Shown: positions 29,825 to 39,484 of the stretch, in pieces
Layout of the letters: the number at the start of each line of letters is the position of its first letter
How positions within the stretch are numbered: position 1 is the stretch's first letter
Assembly (NCBI GenBank): GCA_040905565.1
Contig: JBBDRF010000015.1
Span: 1-55,184, forward strand
DNA length: 55,184 bases
Direction: 5' to 3'
Origin: Phycisphaeraceae bacterium
GTDB lineage: Bacteria > Planctomycetota > Phycisphaerae > Phycisphaerales > Zrk34
The notes under the pieces: generated by a model
The model's database searches: none
The model's input: only the letters and a program-made list of their open reading frames with translations
Told to the model about the DNA's origin: nothing
Made by a program: the position numbers and the translations under genes

Positions 29825-30595
29825 ATGAGAAATCATCCTCGCCCACAGCTGCGACCGCTCGTCGGCTTCACGCTTATCGAACTACTGGTCGTCGTCGGGA
29901 TCATCGCGCTGCTCATGGCGATTCTGCTGCCCGCGCTCGGTCGCGCTCGACAGGAAGCCTTGAAAGTATCTTGTGCGGCGAATCTGCGACAGTGGGGCAT
30001 CGGCATGCAGAGCTTCGCCAGCGATCACAACAACAACTTCCCCTACAACGGCGGCGGACAGAATCTCTACCGCACCGAGCCGGAAGAAACCTGGGGCGGC
30101 GAGATCCACATCCTCCTGCGTGATTACATCACCAACTATGATGAACAGTCCGTCAACGAGGGCGAAAATGACGTCACCTTCTGCCCGACCCATCAACTGG
30201 AACGGAACTACACCTCGGGCGGCAGCACGAACAATGTGCTGACGCTCGGGTACTTCACGCTCCCCGGTCGGAGTCCGTCGCCCGGCGCCATCACCGATTG
30301 GTACGGCACCCAGCCCTGGGTCACCCGTACGCATCTTGACGGCCCGTATTCCCGCGCCCCAACCATGACGGATATCATTCAGAAAGAGGGCGGCGACATG
30401 ACGCTGGCTGACGGGCGGTCGTTCTCTTCTCACCTGAATCCCAGCGACGAACAGAAAGTCCTCGGCAGCAACATGCTCTTCGAAGACGCCAGTGTCCGCT
30501 GGTTCGACGAAGGCGAGATCGAGATCGGCGCCATGTGGGGCGGGTATCGCGAGTTCTGGTACAAAGTGCCCATCCCCGGCCTCATTACAGATTGA
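29825..30595 (+). CDS. Prepilin-type N-terminal cleavage/methylation domain protein, paralog 2
   Basis: [63 protein letters not shown]. Confidence 0.92.
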   Translation: MRNHPRPQLRPLVGFTLIELLVVVGIIALLMAILLPALGRARQEALKVSCAANLRQWGIGMQSFASDHNNNFPYNGGGQNLYRTEPEETWGGEIHILLRDYITNYDEQSVNEGENDVTFCPTHQLERNYTSGGSTNNVLTLGYFTLPGRSPSPGAITDWYGTQPWVTRTHLDGPYSRAPTMTDIIQKEGGDMTLADGRSFSSHLNPSDEQKVLGSNMLFEDASVRWFDEGEIEIGAMWGGYREFWYKVPIPGLITD

Positions 30596-30724
30596 CCCAA
30601 GCGCCGCCGACCTTGAAACGCCAGGTTTCGCATCGGCGGCCCCCAGTGAGGCAACCTCGGCGAACACTTCCGCATTGATCTTTCGAGCCTTGTGAGGCCC
30701 TGATCGATGCGAAGCTGTTCGTCG
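29859..30724 (+). repeat. Direct repeat unit A (gene body plus 3' hairpin), homologous to 31440-32295
   Basis: Aligned by eye with an offset of 1581 bp in the coding part. Bases 30167-30509 are identical to 31748-32090. Confidence 0.9.
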
Positions 30725-30878
30725 AGCGCGCTTACATCAACGGCACGGAGGAAGTGAGCCTGGCGTTGTCGACGCTCCTGACAGACGGCCCCGCGCACGA
30801 ATCATCCGATGCTGACCCGCCATCGCAACCGCCTATTGCTGCCTCCCTACCATGAGAGGGAATGCAACGGGGGCGGCG

Positions 30879-31127
30879 ATGTCCAAGGGTGGGCACAAGC
30901 AGAAGCGGCGCCGGAAGTGGCTCGATGTTCGCGCGGCGGTGGCGTCTGGCGTGATCGTGGGCCTGCTCTTTTGTACTGCGGAACTCGCCTTCGCCTCGCT
31001 GTTCGGTGACGGTGCGTGGGGGCCGCTGCGAAATATCGCTGCAATCGCGCTTGGACCCGAAGTACTTGAAAATCCCGCCGCTGCGCCCGGTCCTGCCATC
31101 GCCGCTCTTGCGTTGCATCTAAAGTGA
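30879..31127 (+). pseudogene. Small membrane protein, probably truncated
   Basis: TM-like AAVASGVIVGLLFCTAELAFA and GPLRNIAAIALG. It ends abruptly within a hydrophobic segment (ALALHLK-stop). Confidence 0.4.
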
Positions 31128-31393
31128 TGGCTTATATGTCACCGCTTTCGGGCCTGAACGCGGGGTTTGACTCAACAGCGTTCCTCGCCGACGCCGTTCA
31201 TAACCAGCGGTATGCAAATTTTTGATGTTGTACGCGGCGAATCAAATTTGCTCGCCCCCGTTTTACCTGTAGAAAGGGAGTTGCCTGAATAATCGTGGCG
31301 TATATACTTTATGTGGTGTGGGGCTCTTCGACTCATCACCAGACGCCCGCAACATGCGACAGTGGGGGCAATCTCTTTAACAAGGACTTCCTC

Positions 31394-32176
31394 ATGCAGC
31401 CGTTTCGCAGTACGAATCGTGCGTTTGTGTCACGCCGGATCGTCGGCTTCACGCTAATCGAACTGCTGGTCGTCGTTGGGATCATTGCACTGCTGATGGC
31501 GATTCTGCTGCCTGCGCTCGGCCGCGCTCGACAGGAAGCCTTGAAAGTGTCTTGTGCTGCAAACCTGCGACAGTGGGGCATCGGCATGCAGAGTTTCGCC
31601 AGCGAGCACAACAATAAATTCCCTTACAACGGCGGCGGGCAGGGACTCTACCGCACCGAGCCGGAAGAAACCTGGGGCGGCGAGATCCACATCCTTCTGC
31701 GTGAGTACATCACCGACTATGACGAAGAGGCGGTGCGGGATGGCGAGAATGACGTCACCTTCTGCCCGACCCATCAACTGGAACGGAACTACACCTCGGG
31801 CGGCAGCACGAACAATGTGCTGACGCTCGGGTACTTCACGCTCCCCGGTCGGAGTCCGTCGCCCGGCGCCATCACCGATTGGTACGGCACCCAGCCCTGG
31901 GTCACCCGTACGCATCTTGACGGCCCGTATTCCCGCGCCCCAACCATGACGGATATCATTCAGAAAGAGGGCGGCGACATGACGCTGGCTGACGGGCGGT
32001 CGTTCTCTTCTCACCTGAATCCCAGCGACGAACAGAAAGTCCTCGGCAGCAACATGCTCTTCGAAGACGCCAGTGTCCGCTGGTTCGACGGAGGCGAGAT
32101 CGAGATCGGCGCGATGTGGGACGGGTATCGCGAGTACTGGTATAAGGCACCCATCCCGGGTCTGGTTACAGATTAA
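31394..32176 (+). CDS. Prepilin-type N-terminal cleavage/methylation domain protein, paralog 3
   Basis: Near-identical to 29825..30595 after the GF cleavage site but with a different leader. ATG 31394 follows AAGGA. Confidence 0.92.
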   Translation: MQPFRSTNRAFVSRRIVGFTLIELLVVVGIIALLMAILLPALGRARQEALKVSCAANLRQWGIGMQSFASEHNNKFPYNGGGQGLYRTEPEETWGGEIHILLREYITDYDEEAVRDGENDVTFCPTHQLERNYTSGGSTNNVLTLGYFTLPGRSPSPGAITDWYGTQPWVTRTHLDGPYSRAPTMTDIIQKEGGDMTLADGRSFSSHLNPSDEQKVLGSNMLFEDASVRWFDGGEIEIGAMWDGYREYWYKAPIPGLVTD

Positions 32177-32295
32177 CTGAAGCTTAAGCTGGAGATCCGC
32201 CATCGGCGGTACCCAGCCAAAGGCTACTTCGATAAACACCTTCGCATTGATGTGGCGAGCCTTGCAGGCCGCTGATCCATGCGAAGGTGTTGTCG
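31440..32295 (+). repeat. Direct repeat unit B
   Basis: Homologous to 29859-30724. Confidence 0.9.
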
Positions 32296-32475
32296 TATAC
32301 GCGCGGGCGGCCTCAGATTGTGGTTCATCTGGCCTACGGATTGCTCGCAGCAGGTTCACACAAGTTCATGAATCGTGACGGCGTAGGCTTTCTGAAACAC
32401 GCGATGGTTTGTAACGTCGGCCGAGGCGGTGTCGGCGGCGGGAAGCCCGGTCAGCAGACGATGGAGGAACGCACG

Positions 32476-33288
32476 ATGGCAAGATTCAAGGGTAAAAAAG
32501 TGCTCGTCACCGGTGGGGCGACGGGCATTGGGCAGGCGATTGCGGTTCGCTTCGCGGCCGAGGGGGCGGACGTGGCCATCAACTGGTTCACTCAGGCCGA
32601 TGAAGCCAAGCAAACCGAAGCTTCGGTTCAGGAGGCCTGCCAGAAGGTGCGTGAGCAGGGGTGCCAGGATCTATTGGTGCAGGCAAACGTCGCCGACGAG
32701 GCGGAGGTCCAGCAGATGTTCCAGAAGGTGCTCGAGAAGTGGGGCCGGCTGGACATCCTGATCAACAACGCGGGTATCCAGATCGCTGAAGCAAGCGAAT
32801 CCCTGACCGCTGACAATTTCGACAAGGTCGTAGCGGTGAATCTGCGGGGGGCGTACCTGTGCTCTCGTGAGGCATTGAAGCACTTCCTGACGCGCGACGG
32901 CGGGGGGATCATCCTCAACAATTCGTCCGTACATGAGATCATCCCCAAGCCCGGCTTCCTCGGTTACGCCGTGAGCAAAGGGGGCATGCGGAGCATGACG
33001 CGGACACTGGCGCTGGAGTACGCCGGGCGGGATATTCGTGTGAATGCGGTCGCGCCGGGGGCGATTGTGACGCCGATAAATCGGGCATGGATTGACGATC
33101 CGCAGAAGCGGGGGGAGGTGGAGCGCAACATCCCCCAAGGCCGTGCAGGCACGGCAGAGGAAGTGGCGGGCGTCTTCGCGTTCCTTGCCTCCGACGATGC
33201 CGCGTACATCACGGGCCAAACCATCTTCGTCGACGGCGGCCTCACGCTGTACCCACAATTCGAAGAGGACTGGACTTCCGATGTCTGA
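32476..33288 (+). CDS. SDR oxidoreductase, glucose 1-dehydrogenase-like
   Basis: TGGATGIG, NNAG, SSVHE, YAVSKGG, LALEYA, PGAIVTPIN, YITGQTIFVDGG. ATG 32476 follows GGAGG. Confidence 0.9.
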   Translation: MARFKGKKVLVTGGATGIGQAIAVRFAAEGADVAINWFTQADEAKQTEASVQEACQKVREQGCQDLLVQANVADEAEVQQMFQKVLEKWGRLDILINNAGIQIAEASESLTADNFDKVVAVNLRGAYLCSREALKHFLTRDGGGIILNNSSVHEIIPKPGFLGYAVSKGGMRSMTRTLALEYAGRDIRVNAVAPGAIVTPINRAWIDDPQKRGEVERNIPQGRAGTAEEVAGVFAFLASDDAAYITGQTIFVDGGLTLYPQFEEDWTSDV

Positions 33289-34594
33289 TCCACATCGCAA
33301 CGCACACACGCTATGGCCGGATCCGGACGACTACGCGCTCATCGATGAGGCGTACGATCGATCGCGTGAGATCCTCAAGTTCAACGCTTGCGACACCGGC
33401 TTCCTCGCCGCACGCGGCGGCGGCGCGAACTACAACGCCGTCTGGGGACGTGACGGCGCCATCTGTGCCGCGGCCGCCTTTGTCAGTGACGATGAAGAAC
33501 TCATTGACATCGGCGTTCGCACGCTGCTGAGCCTGGCTGAGCATCAGGCCGCCAATGGACAGATCCCCTCGTACATCGAAATCGGCAAGGGCGATCAGGT
33601 CACGCAGGTCGTGCATGGCGGGTGGGGCAACGTCACCGCCATCGACGCCAACCTCTGGTTCGTCATCGCCTGCCAGACCGCCTACGACGAAATCGGCCGG
33701 AAGGAGTTTATTGCGGAAAATCTCTTGGACGTTTATCGCCGTGCCATGCGACACCTCGACAGCATCGACGCGGACACCTGTGGGCTGCTGGAGATTCCCG
33801 TCGGTGGCGACTGGTCGGATCTGCTGACGCGTTCGTATCACGTGCTCTACGATCAGGCGTTGTGGTTCCGGGCGCTGCTTTGTGAATCGCGGTTGATGTC
33901 GCTGGCTGGTGATGAGACCGAAGCTGAGACCCTCAAGCAGCGGGCGAGCCTTGTGCAGCAGCGGCTCAACGCGGAGTTCTGGTGGGACACCGACGGCATC
34001 GCGCGCGCGGCCAAGCGATATCTTATCGCCAGCCCGCTGCCACATGGGCGTGAGCTTCCCTATTACCAGAGCTATCTAGAGCCGTTCGAGCAGTTCTGGT
34101 ATCAGCGGTTTGACGCGTTCGGCAACATTCTCGCGTGCCTGGTGGGCATCGCGCCGCCTCACCGGGTTGAGCAGATCATCCAGCAGGTGCGCCAGCGGCA
34201 GATGGCCAGGCCGCATCCGATTCGTGTGCTCGACCCACCCGTTCAGGCTGGCGACGAAGACTGGATCGGCATCTATCACGCCAAGCAGAAGCCTTACGAA
34301 TATCACAACGGCGCCGCATGGCCGCTGGCTGGGGGGTTGTGGGCGGTGCTGCTTACGGGGACTCAGCGGCATGACGAAGCCGCCCGCGCGATGGTCGATC
34401 TCGCGCGCTCGCTTCGTCTCTCAGCCGACGGTGAAGATAACTGGGAGTTTCACGAATACTTTCACGGTAAGACCGGCGCGCCGATGGGCCGGGCTTACCA
34501 GGCATGGTCCGCCGCTTCATACCTGTTGGGTTACAAAGCCGTTCATGACGAGCGTTTCGCCTGCTTCCAAAGCCCCAGCCGCTACGCGGGATGA
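33281..34594 (+). CDS. (alpha/alpha)6 glycoside hydrolase, GH100 alkaline/neutral invertase-like
   Basis: NYNAVWGRDG, GQIP, IDANLWF, RFDAFGN, YHNGAAWP, QAWSAA. Its start overlaps the SDR stop. Confidence 0.75.
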   Translation: MSDPHRNAHTLWPDPDDYALIDEAYDRSREILKFNACDTGFLAARGGGANYNAVWGRDGAICAAAAFVSDDEELIDIGVRTLLSLAEHQAANGQIPSYIEIGKGDQVTQVVHGGWGNVTAIDANLWFVIACQTAYDEIGRKEFIAENLLDVYRRAMRHLDSIDADTCGLLEIPVGGDWSDLLTRSYHVLYDQALWFRALLCESRLMSLAGDETEAETLKQRASLVQQRLNAEFWWDTDGIARAAKRYLIASPLPHGRELPYYQSYLEPFEQFWYQRFDAFGNILACLVGIAPPHRVEQIIQQVRQRQMARPHPIRVLDPPVQAGDEDWIGIYHAKQKPYEYHNGAAWPLAGGLWAVLLTGTQRHDEAARAMVDLARSLRLSADGEDNWEFHEYFHGKTGAPMGRAYQAWSAASYLLGYKAVHDERFACFQSPSRYAG

Positions 34595-34806
34595 CCAGGC
34601 GGGCGGCAGCGGGTGCGGGGCGTATCTGTGGTCGGGCTTCGAGAACTTCGCAATCTCATAAGCGCAGGCTCCACGGTTGCTTTTCGATCGAGCGTGAAGT
34701 CGCAGCGACTGGGCGGAATGGTTGTGGTAAAATTCGACAGCTGGATCTGAGGATAGGGGACCGATCACCGTGGCCGTTGCGCCATTCTCCGTCGTAGGGT
34801 TATTTC

Positions 34807-37800
34807 ATGAACGCAGGCTACGCTTTCTATCGTGGCGGCTTGAGTGTCACGTGGTCCGCAGCACTCGGCCTTCTTGTCCTTTTGGGTGCGTTTGGGCTGG
34901 GCCAGCTTGACGCGGCGAAGGCGGACGCGGAGGCCGGGATTGGCGATGAGCTTCCCGAGACCGTTGATTATGCGCGTGATATCCGTCCGATCCTCTCTGA
35001 GAACTGCTTTACGTGCCACGGCCCCGACGAGCAGACGCGTGAGGGCGGCCTGCGGCTGGACCTTCGGCAAGAAGCCGTCAAGCCCGCAGACTCAGGTTTT
35101 GCTGCCATCGTTCCCGGGGATGTCGAAGAAAGCGAACTGACACACCGAATCCTGGCCGATCATGAGATCGACATCATGCCGCCGCCTGATGCCAATCGCG
35201 AACTGAACGAGCGGGACAAGCAACTGCTGATTCAGTGGATCGAAGAGGGGGCTGAGTATGCCCCGCACTGGGCCTTCGAGCCTCCTGTTCAAGCGGAGCT
35301 TCCGGAGGTGAGTGATCCGGAGTGGCCTCGGAATCCGATCGATCACTTCGTTCTCGCGGAGCTTGATGAGCAGGGCTTGTCGCCATCGTCCGAGGCTGAC
35401 CGGTACACGCTGGTGCGGCGGCTTTACCTGGACCTCATCGGTCTGCCTCCAACGCCCGAGCAGGCTGACGCCTTCGTGAACGACACGGACCCCAATGCCT
35501 ACACGCGGCTTGTTGATGAGCTTCTGGATTCGCCACACTACGGCGAACGCTGGGCGAGACGCTGGTTGGATCTCGCCCGCTACGCCGACACCAATGGCTA
35601 TGAGAAAGACCTGCCCCGAGAAATGTGGCCCTGGCGGGATTGGGTGATCGACGCCATCAATGACGACATGCCGTTCGATCAGTTCACGATCGAACAGCTC
35701 GCTGGAGACCTGCTGCCGAACGCCAGTGTCGATCAGATCATCGCGACCGGATTCCACCGCAATTCGATGATCAACGAAGAAGGCGGCATCGACGTCGAAG
35801 AATATCGCTACCACGCCCAGGTGGATCGCGTCGGCACCACAGGCACCGTTTTCCTCGGCATGACGCTGGCTTGCGCGCAGTGCCACACTCACAAGTACGA
35901 CCCCATCACGCAGCGCGAATACTTCCAGATCATGGCGATCTTCGACAACGTGGACGAGGTGGATCCTTTCGAGATTCCCGTGCCGGAGCTGGTCGAGCAG
36001 CGTGAAGCGATCGACCAGCAGATTGAGCGGGTTCGCGCTGATCTGGCCAACCGCTTTCCGCTTCCTGATGGTGCCGATGCGGAGGGGCTCGACGCGGAGC
36101 AGGCCGCCGAACTGCGTGCCGAGCATCTGGAGGAGAGCTTGCAAGCGTGGGTTGATGGCTTGGAGCCGCAGGCCGTTGCGTGGCACAAGCTGACGCCGAG
36201 CGTCTACGAATCCACGACATATGCTTCGATGACGCTGCTGGATGACGCGTCGGTGCTGGTGCATGGCGACAAGCCGAACAACGACACGTACATCGTCGAG
36301 CTCGAATCTGATCGCGTTGACATGCGTGCGATGAGGCTGGAGGCGCTGACGCACGAGTCGCTGCCGAAGGGCGGACCGGGTCGCGCTCACATGTTCAAGC
36401 CGGGCGACTTTATCCTTACGGATTTCCGCGTGGAGGTGGCCCCGGCGGACAAGCCGGAGGCCTGGCGTGAGGTGGAAGTCGTGAATGCGTCAGCGACGCA
36501 TGCGGCAGGCAATCATCCCATCAGCGCCGCGATCGATGGCGAGCGTGACAACGGCTGGATGGTGGGGGGGCAGGTGGGACGATCGCACCACGCCGTCTTC
36601 AATTTCGCTGAGCCGATCGGTTTCGAAGGCGGCACCCGAATCCGGGTGACGCTTCTGCAGAACATGATCCATCAGGTGGTGATCGGCCGGTTTCGGCTTT
36701 CGGTGACGGAAGATGCTCGTCCAGTCGTCGCTGTCGATGTCCCCGCAGAGGTTGAAGCGGTCCTGGCGACGCCAGCTGCGGACCGGACGGATTCGCAGGG
36801 ACGAACACTGCTGACGCACTTTCTTTCGATCGCGCCGCAACTCAAAGCTGAGCACGAGAAGATCGCAAAGCTGGAATCGAGCAAGCCCGACCTGCCCACC
36901 ACGCTGGTGATGCAGGAGCGTGAGCCGCGGTTTCGGCGTACGACGAAGATGCGCAACCGAGGCGAATTTCTTCAGCCGACCGATGCGGTGGAGCCGGGCG
37001 TTCCCGCGGTGCTTAACGACTGGCCCGAGGGCGAGCCGTTGAACCGGCTTGGCTTCGCACGTTGGCTTGTCGCAGATAGCAACCCTCTTCTGGCACGCGT
37101 GACGGTCAATCGCAACTGGGCCGCGTTTTTTGGTGAAGGTTTTGTCCGGACGCTGGAAGACTTCGGCTTTCAGGGTGCCCTCCCAACGCACCCTGAGCTT
37201 CTGGATTGGCTCGCGGTATCGTTCCGCACGCAAGGCTGGTCACGCAAGCAATTGCATCGGCTGATTGTGACCAGCGCCACCTACCGCCAGGATTCGAAGC
37301 TGAGGGATGATCTGGCCTACAGCGATCCCGAAAATCGGCTGCTGGCGCGAGGGCCCCGTGTTCGTCTAGAAGCGGAACTCATTCGCGACAACGCCCTCGC
37401 CATCAGCGGACTACTCACGCGTGAGATCGGCGGCCCAAGCGTTTTTCCGCCGCAGCCCGACGGTGTCGGCGCTCTGTCATGGGGCGGCTTCCAATGGCGG
37501 ACCGCGACCGACGCTCAGCGCTACCGTCGCGGCATATACACCTACGCCAAGCGTACCAATCCGTATGCCATGGCGAGCCTGTTCGACGCCCCCAGCGGTG
37601 AAGCGTGCTTCCCCAAGCGCGAGGTTTCCAACACGCCCCTTCAGGCACTGACGCTCCTGAACGATATCGTCTTCACCGAAGCTGCCCAGGCGATGGGGCG
37701 GGTGGCCGTTGCACATGAGCAGGCCGACCCTGCCGCACGGGCTGCCTTGCTGTTCCGACGGACCCTCATTCGGCCCCCGCACGATGACGAATTGGCCATG

Positions 37801-37968
37801 CTGGTCGCGTTCTTCCACAAGCAGTCCGAGCGTCTGAACAGCGGCGAGCTAGATGCAGCCGAACTGGCCGGCGAACCCGAAGTCGAGGGCAGTCTTCACG
37901 AGCAGGCTGCGTGGACCGCCGTCAGCCGTGTGCTGCTGAATCTCGACGAAACCATCAATAAGGAGTAA
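34807..37968 (+). CDS. PSD1/DUF1549/planctomycete cytochrome c domain protein, copy 2
   Basis: CFTCHGPD, YGERWARRWLDLARYADTNG, CAQCHTHKYDP, THPELLDWLA, NTPLQAL. Confidence 0.93.
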   Translation: MNAGYAFYRGGLSVTWSAALGLLVLLGAFGLGQLDAAKADAEAGIGDELPETVDYARDIRPILSENCFTCHGPDEQTREGGLRLDLRQEAVKPADSGFAAIVPGDVEESELTHRILADHEIDIMPPPDANRELNERDKQLLIQWIEEGAEYAPHWAFEPPVQAELPEVSDPEWPRNPIDHFVLAELDEQGLSPSSEADRYTLVRRLYLDLIGLPPTPEQADAFVNDTDPNAYTRLVDELLDSPHYGERWARRWLDLARYADTNGYEKDLPREMWPWRDWVIDAINDDMPFDQFTIEQLAGDLLPNASVDQIIATGFHRNSMINEEGGIDVEEYRYHAQVDRVGTTGTVFLGMTLACAQCHTHKYDPITQREYFQIMAIFDNVDEVDPFEIPVPELVEQREAIDQQIERVRADLANRFPLPDGADAEGLDAEQAAELRAEHLEESLQAWVDGLEPQAVAWHKLTPSVYESTTYASMTLLDDASVLVHGDKPNNDTYIVELESDRVDMRAMRLEALTHESLPKGGPGRAHMFKPGDFILTDFRVEVAPADKPEAWREVEVVNASATHAAGNHPISAAIDGERDNGWMVGGQVGRSHHAVFNFAEPIGFEGGTRIRVTLLQNMIHQVVIGRFRLSVTEDARPVVAVDVPAEVEAVLATPAADRTDSQGRTLLTHFLSIAPQLKAEHEKIAKLESSKPDLPTTLVMQEREPRFRRTTKMRNRGEFLQPTDAVEPGVPAVLNDWPEGEPLNRLGFARWLVADSNPLLARVTVNRNWAAFFGEGFVRTLEDFGFQGALPTHPELLDWLAVSFRTQGWSRKQLHRLIVTSATYRQDSKLRDDLAYSDPENRLLARGPRVRLEAELIRDNALAISGLLTREIGGPSVFPPQPDGVGALSWGGFQWRTATDAQRYRRGIYTYAKRTNPYAMASLFDAPSGEACFPKREVSNTPLQALTLLNDIVFTEAAQAMGRVAVAHEQADPAARAALLFRRTLIRPPHDDELAMLVAFFHKQSERLNSGELDAAELAGEPEVEGSLHEQAAWTAVSRVLLNLDETINKE

Positions 37969-37973
37969 CGGCA

Positions 37974-39437
37974 ATGTCCACCCCGTACCACGGCCATACA
38001 GCCGCCGGACACAACCCGCTCCATCTCACCCGGCGTCACTTTTTCAGCAACTGCGGCGTCGGTTTGGGGAAGATCGCGTTGGGGACACTGCTCGGCAACG
38101 GCCTGCTAGGTTCGGCCGCTGCGGGCCAGTCGCCGAGCAATCCGCTCGCCACGCGCCAGCCCCACTTTGCGCCCAAAGCGAAACGCGTGATCTTCCTGTT
38201 CATGGCAGGCGGCCCGAGCCAACTCGACCTGTTCGATGAGAAGCCCGAGCTCCGCCGTCTGGCAGGCTCGCCGCTTCCCGCTGAGGTCACCGCCGATCAG
38301 CGCCTGGCCTTCACCGAGCCTGGCGCAGCAGTGCTTGAACCACAGTACAAATTCGCTCGCTACGGCCAGTCCGGCCAGACCATCTCTTCAATCATGCCGC
38401 ACCTCGGCGAGATCGCTGACGATGTCGCTTTCGTCAAATCGCTGTACACGGATCAGTTCAATCATGCCCCCGCTCAGATCTTCCTGAACACCGGCGACCC
38501 GCTCCCCGGTCGGCCCTCTCTCGGATCGTGGGTGACCTACGGGCTGGGCAACATGACGGAGAATCTGCCGTCGTTCGTCGTCCTCAGTTCCGGCTCGGGC
38601 ACGAGCGGCGGCCGAGCCAACTACAACAGCGGATTCATGCCCAGCGATTACTCAGGCGTCCCGTTCCGCACCACAGGCGACCCCGTCATCAACGTCTCCA
38701 ACCCCCGCGGGGTCGATGCCGAACTCCAGCGCGATTCGCTCGATACCATCGGCAATCTCAACCGCCACCGCATGGAAGATATCAACCATCCCGAGATTGC
38801 CGCTCGCATCAATGCTTACGAAATGGCGTTCCGCCTGCAGGCTTCCGCCCCGGAGCTGATGGACTTCGCCTCGGAATCGGAGCAGACGCTCGCCATGTAC
38901 GGTGCGAAACCCGGCGAGGCTTCCTACGCCAACAACTGTCTCATGGCACGGCGGCTGGTCGAGCGCGGCGTCCGCTATGTCGCACTCTTCCACGAAGGAT
39001 GGGACCACCACAGCGATGTACGAGGCGGCCTCGCCAACCAGTGCGGACAAACCGACCAACCCTCCGTCGCGCTCATCAAAGACCTCAAGCAGCGCGGCCT
39101 TCTGGAGGACACGCTCGTCGTCTGGGGCGGCGAGTTCGGTCGAACGCCCATGGTCGAAGCCATCGCCGCACTCGGCAGGACCGGCGGTCGCGACCATCAC
39201 CCCCAAGCCTTCACGATGTGGATGGCCGGCGGCGGCATCAAGCCCGGCATCTCCATCGGCCAGACCGACCCGCTCGGCTACAGCATCACCGAAGACCCGA
39301 TCCACATCCACGACCTTCAGGCCACCATCCTTCATCTGCTCGGCCTCGACCACGAACGGCTGACCTACACCTACCAGGGCCGGAAATTCCGACTGACCGA
39401 CGTCCACGGAAAAGTCGCCCGGAAGTTGCTCATCTAG
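37974..39437 (+). CDS. DUF1501 domain protein, copy 2
   Basis: TRRHFF Tat-like motif, FMAGGPSQLDLFD, WDHH, WGGEFGRTP, GRDHHP. Confidence 0.92.
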   Translation: MSTPYHGHTAAGHNPLHLTRRHFFSNCGVGLGKIALGTLLGNGLLGSAAAGQSPSNPLATRQPHFAPKAKRVIFLFMAGGPSQLDLFDEKPELRRLAGSPLPAEVTADQRLAFTEPGAAVLEPQYKFARYGQSGQTISSIMPHLGEIADDVAFVKSLYTDQFNHAPAQIFLNTGDPLPGRPSLGSWVTYGLGNMTENLPSFVVLSSGSGTSGGRANYNSGFMPSDYSGVPFRTTGDPVINVSNPRGVDAELQRDSLDTIGNLNRHRMEDINHPEIAARINAYEMAFRLQASAPELMDFASESEQTLAMYGAKPGEASYANNCLMARRLVERGVRYVALFHEGWDHHSDVRGGLANQCGQTDQPSVALIKDLKQRGLLEDTLVVWGGEFGRTPMVEAIAALGRTGGRDHHPQAFTMWMAGGGIKPGISIGQTDPLGYSITEDPIHIHDLQATILHLLGLDHERLTYTYQGRKFRLTDVHGKVARKLLI

Positions 39438-39484
39438 CTGCGAACGGCCACGGCTGCTCGCGCGCGCTGTGAAAGAAGTGAACG

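Noticed and set aside
30656..30726. Integron attC sites (AAC...GTT hairpins after each pilin-like gene)
   Set aside because: The ends do not fit RYYYAAC/GTTRRRY, copy B lacks an unpaired central spacer, and no integron integrase is present.
29825..32176. Diversity-generating retroelement (TR/VR pair) as the explanation for the duplicated genes
   Set aside because: Mismatches involve all four bases and are mostly synonymous rather than adenine-specific. Both copies are full ORFs, and there is no reverse transcriptase in the window.
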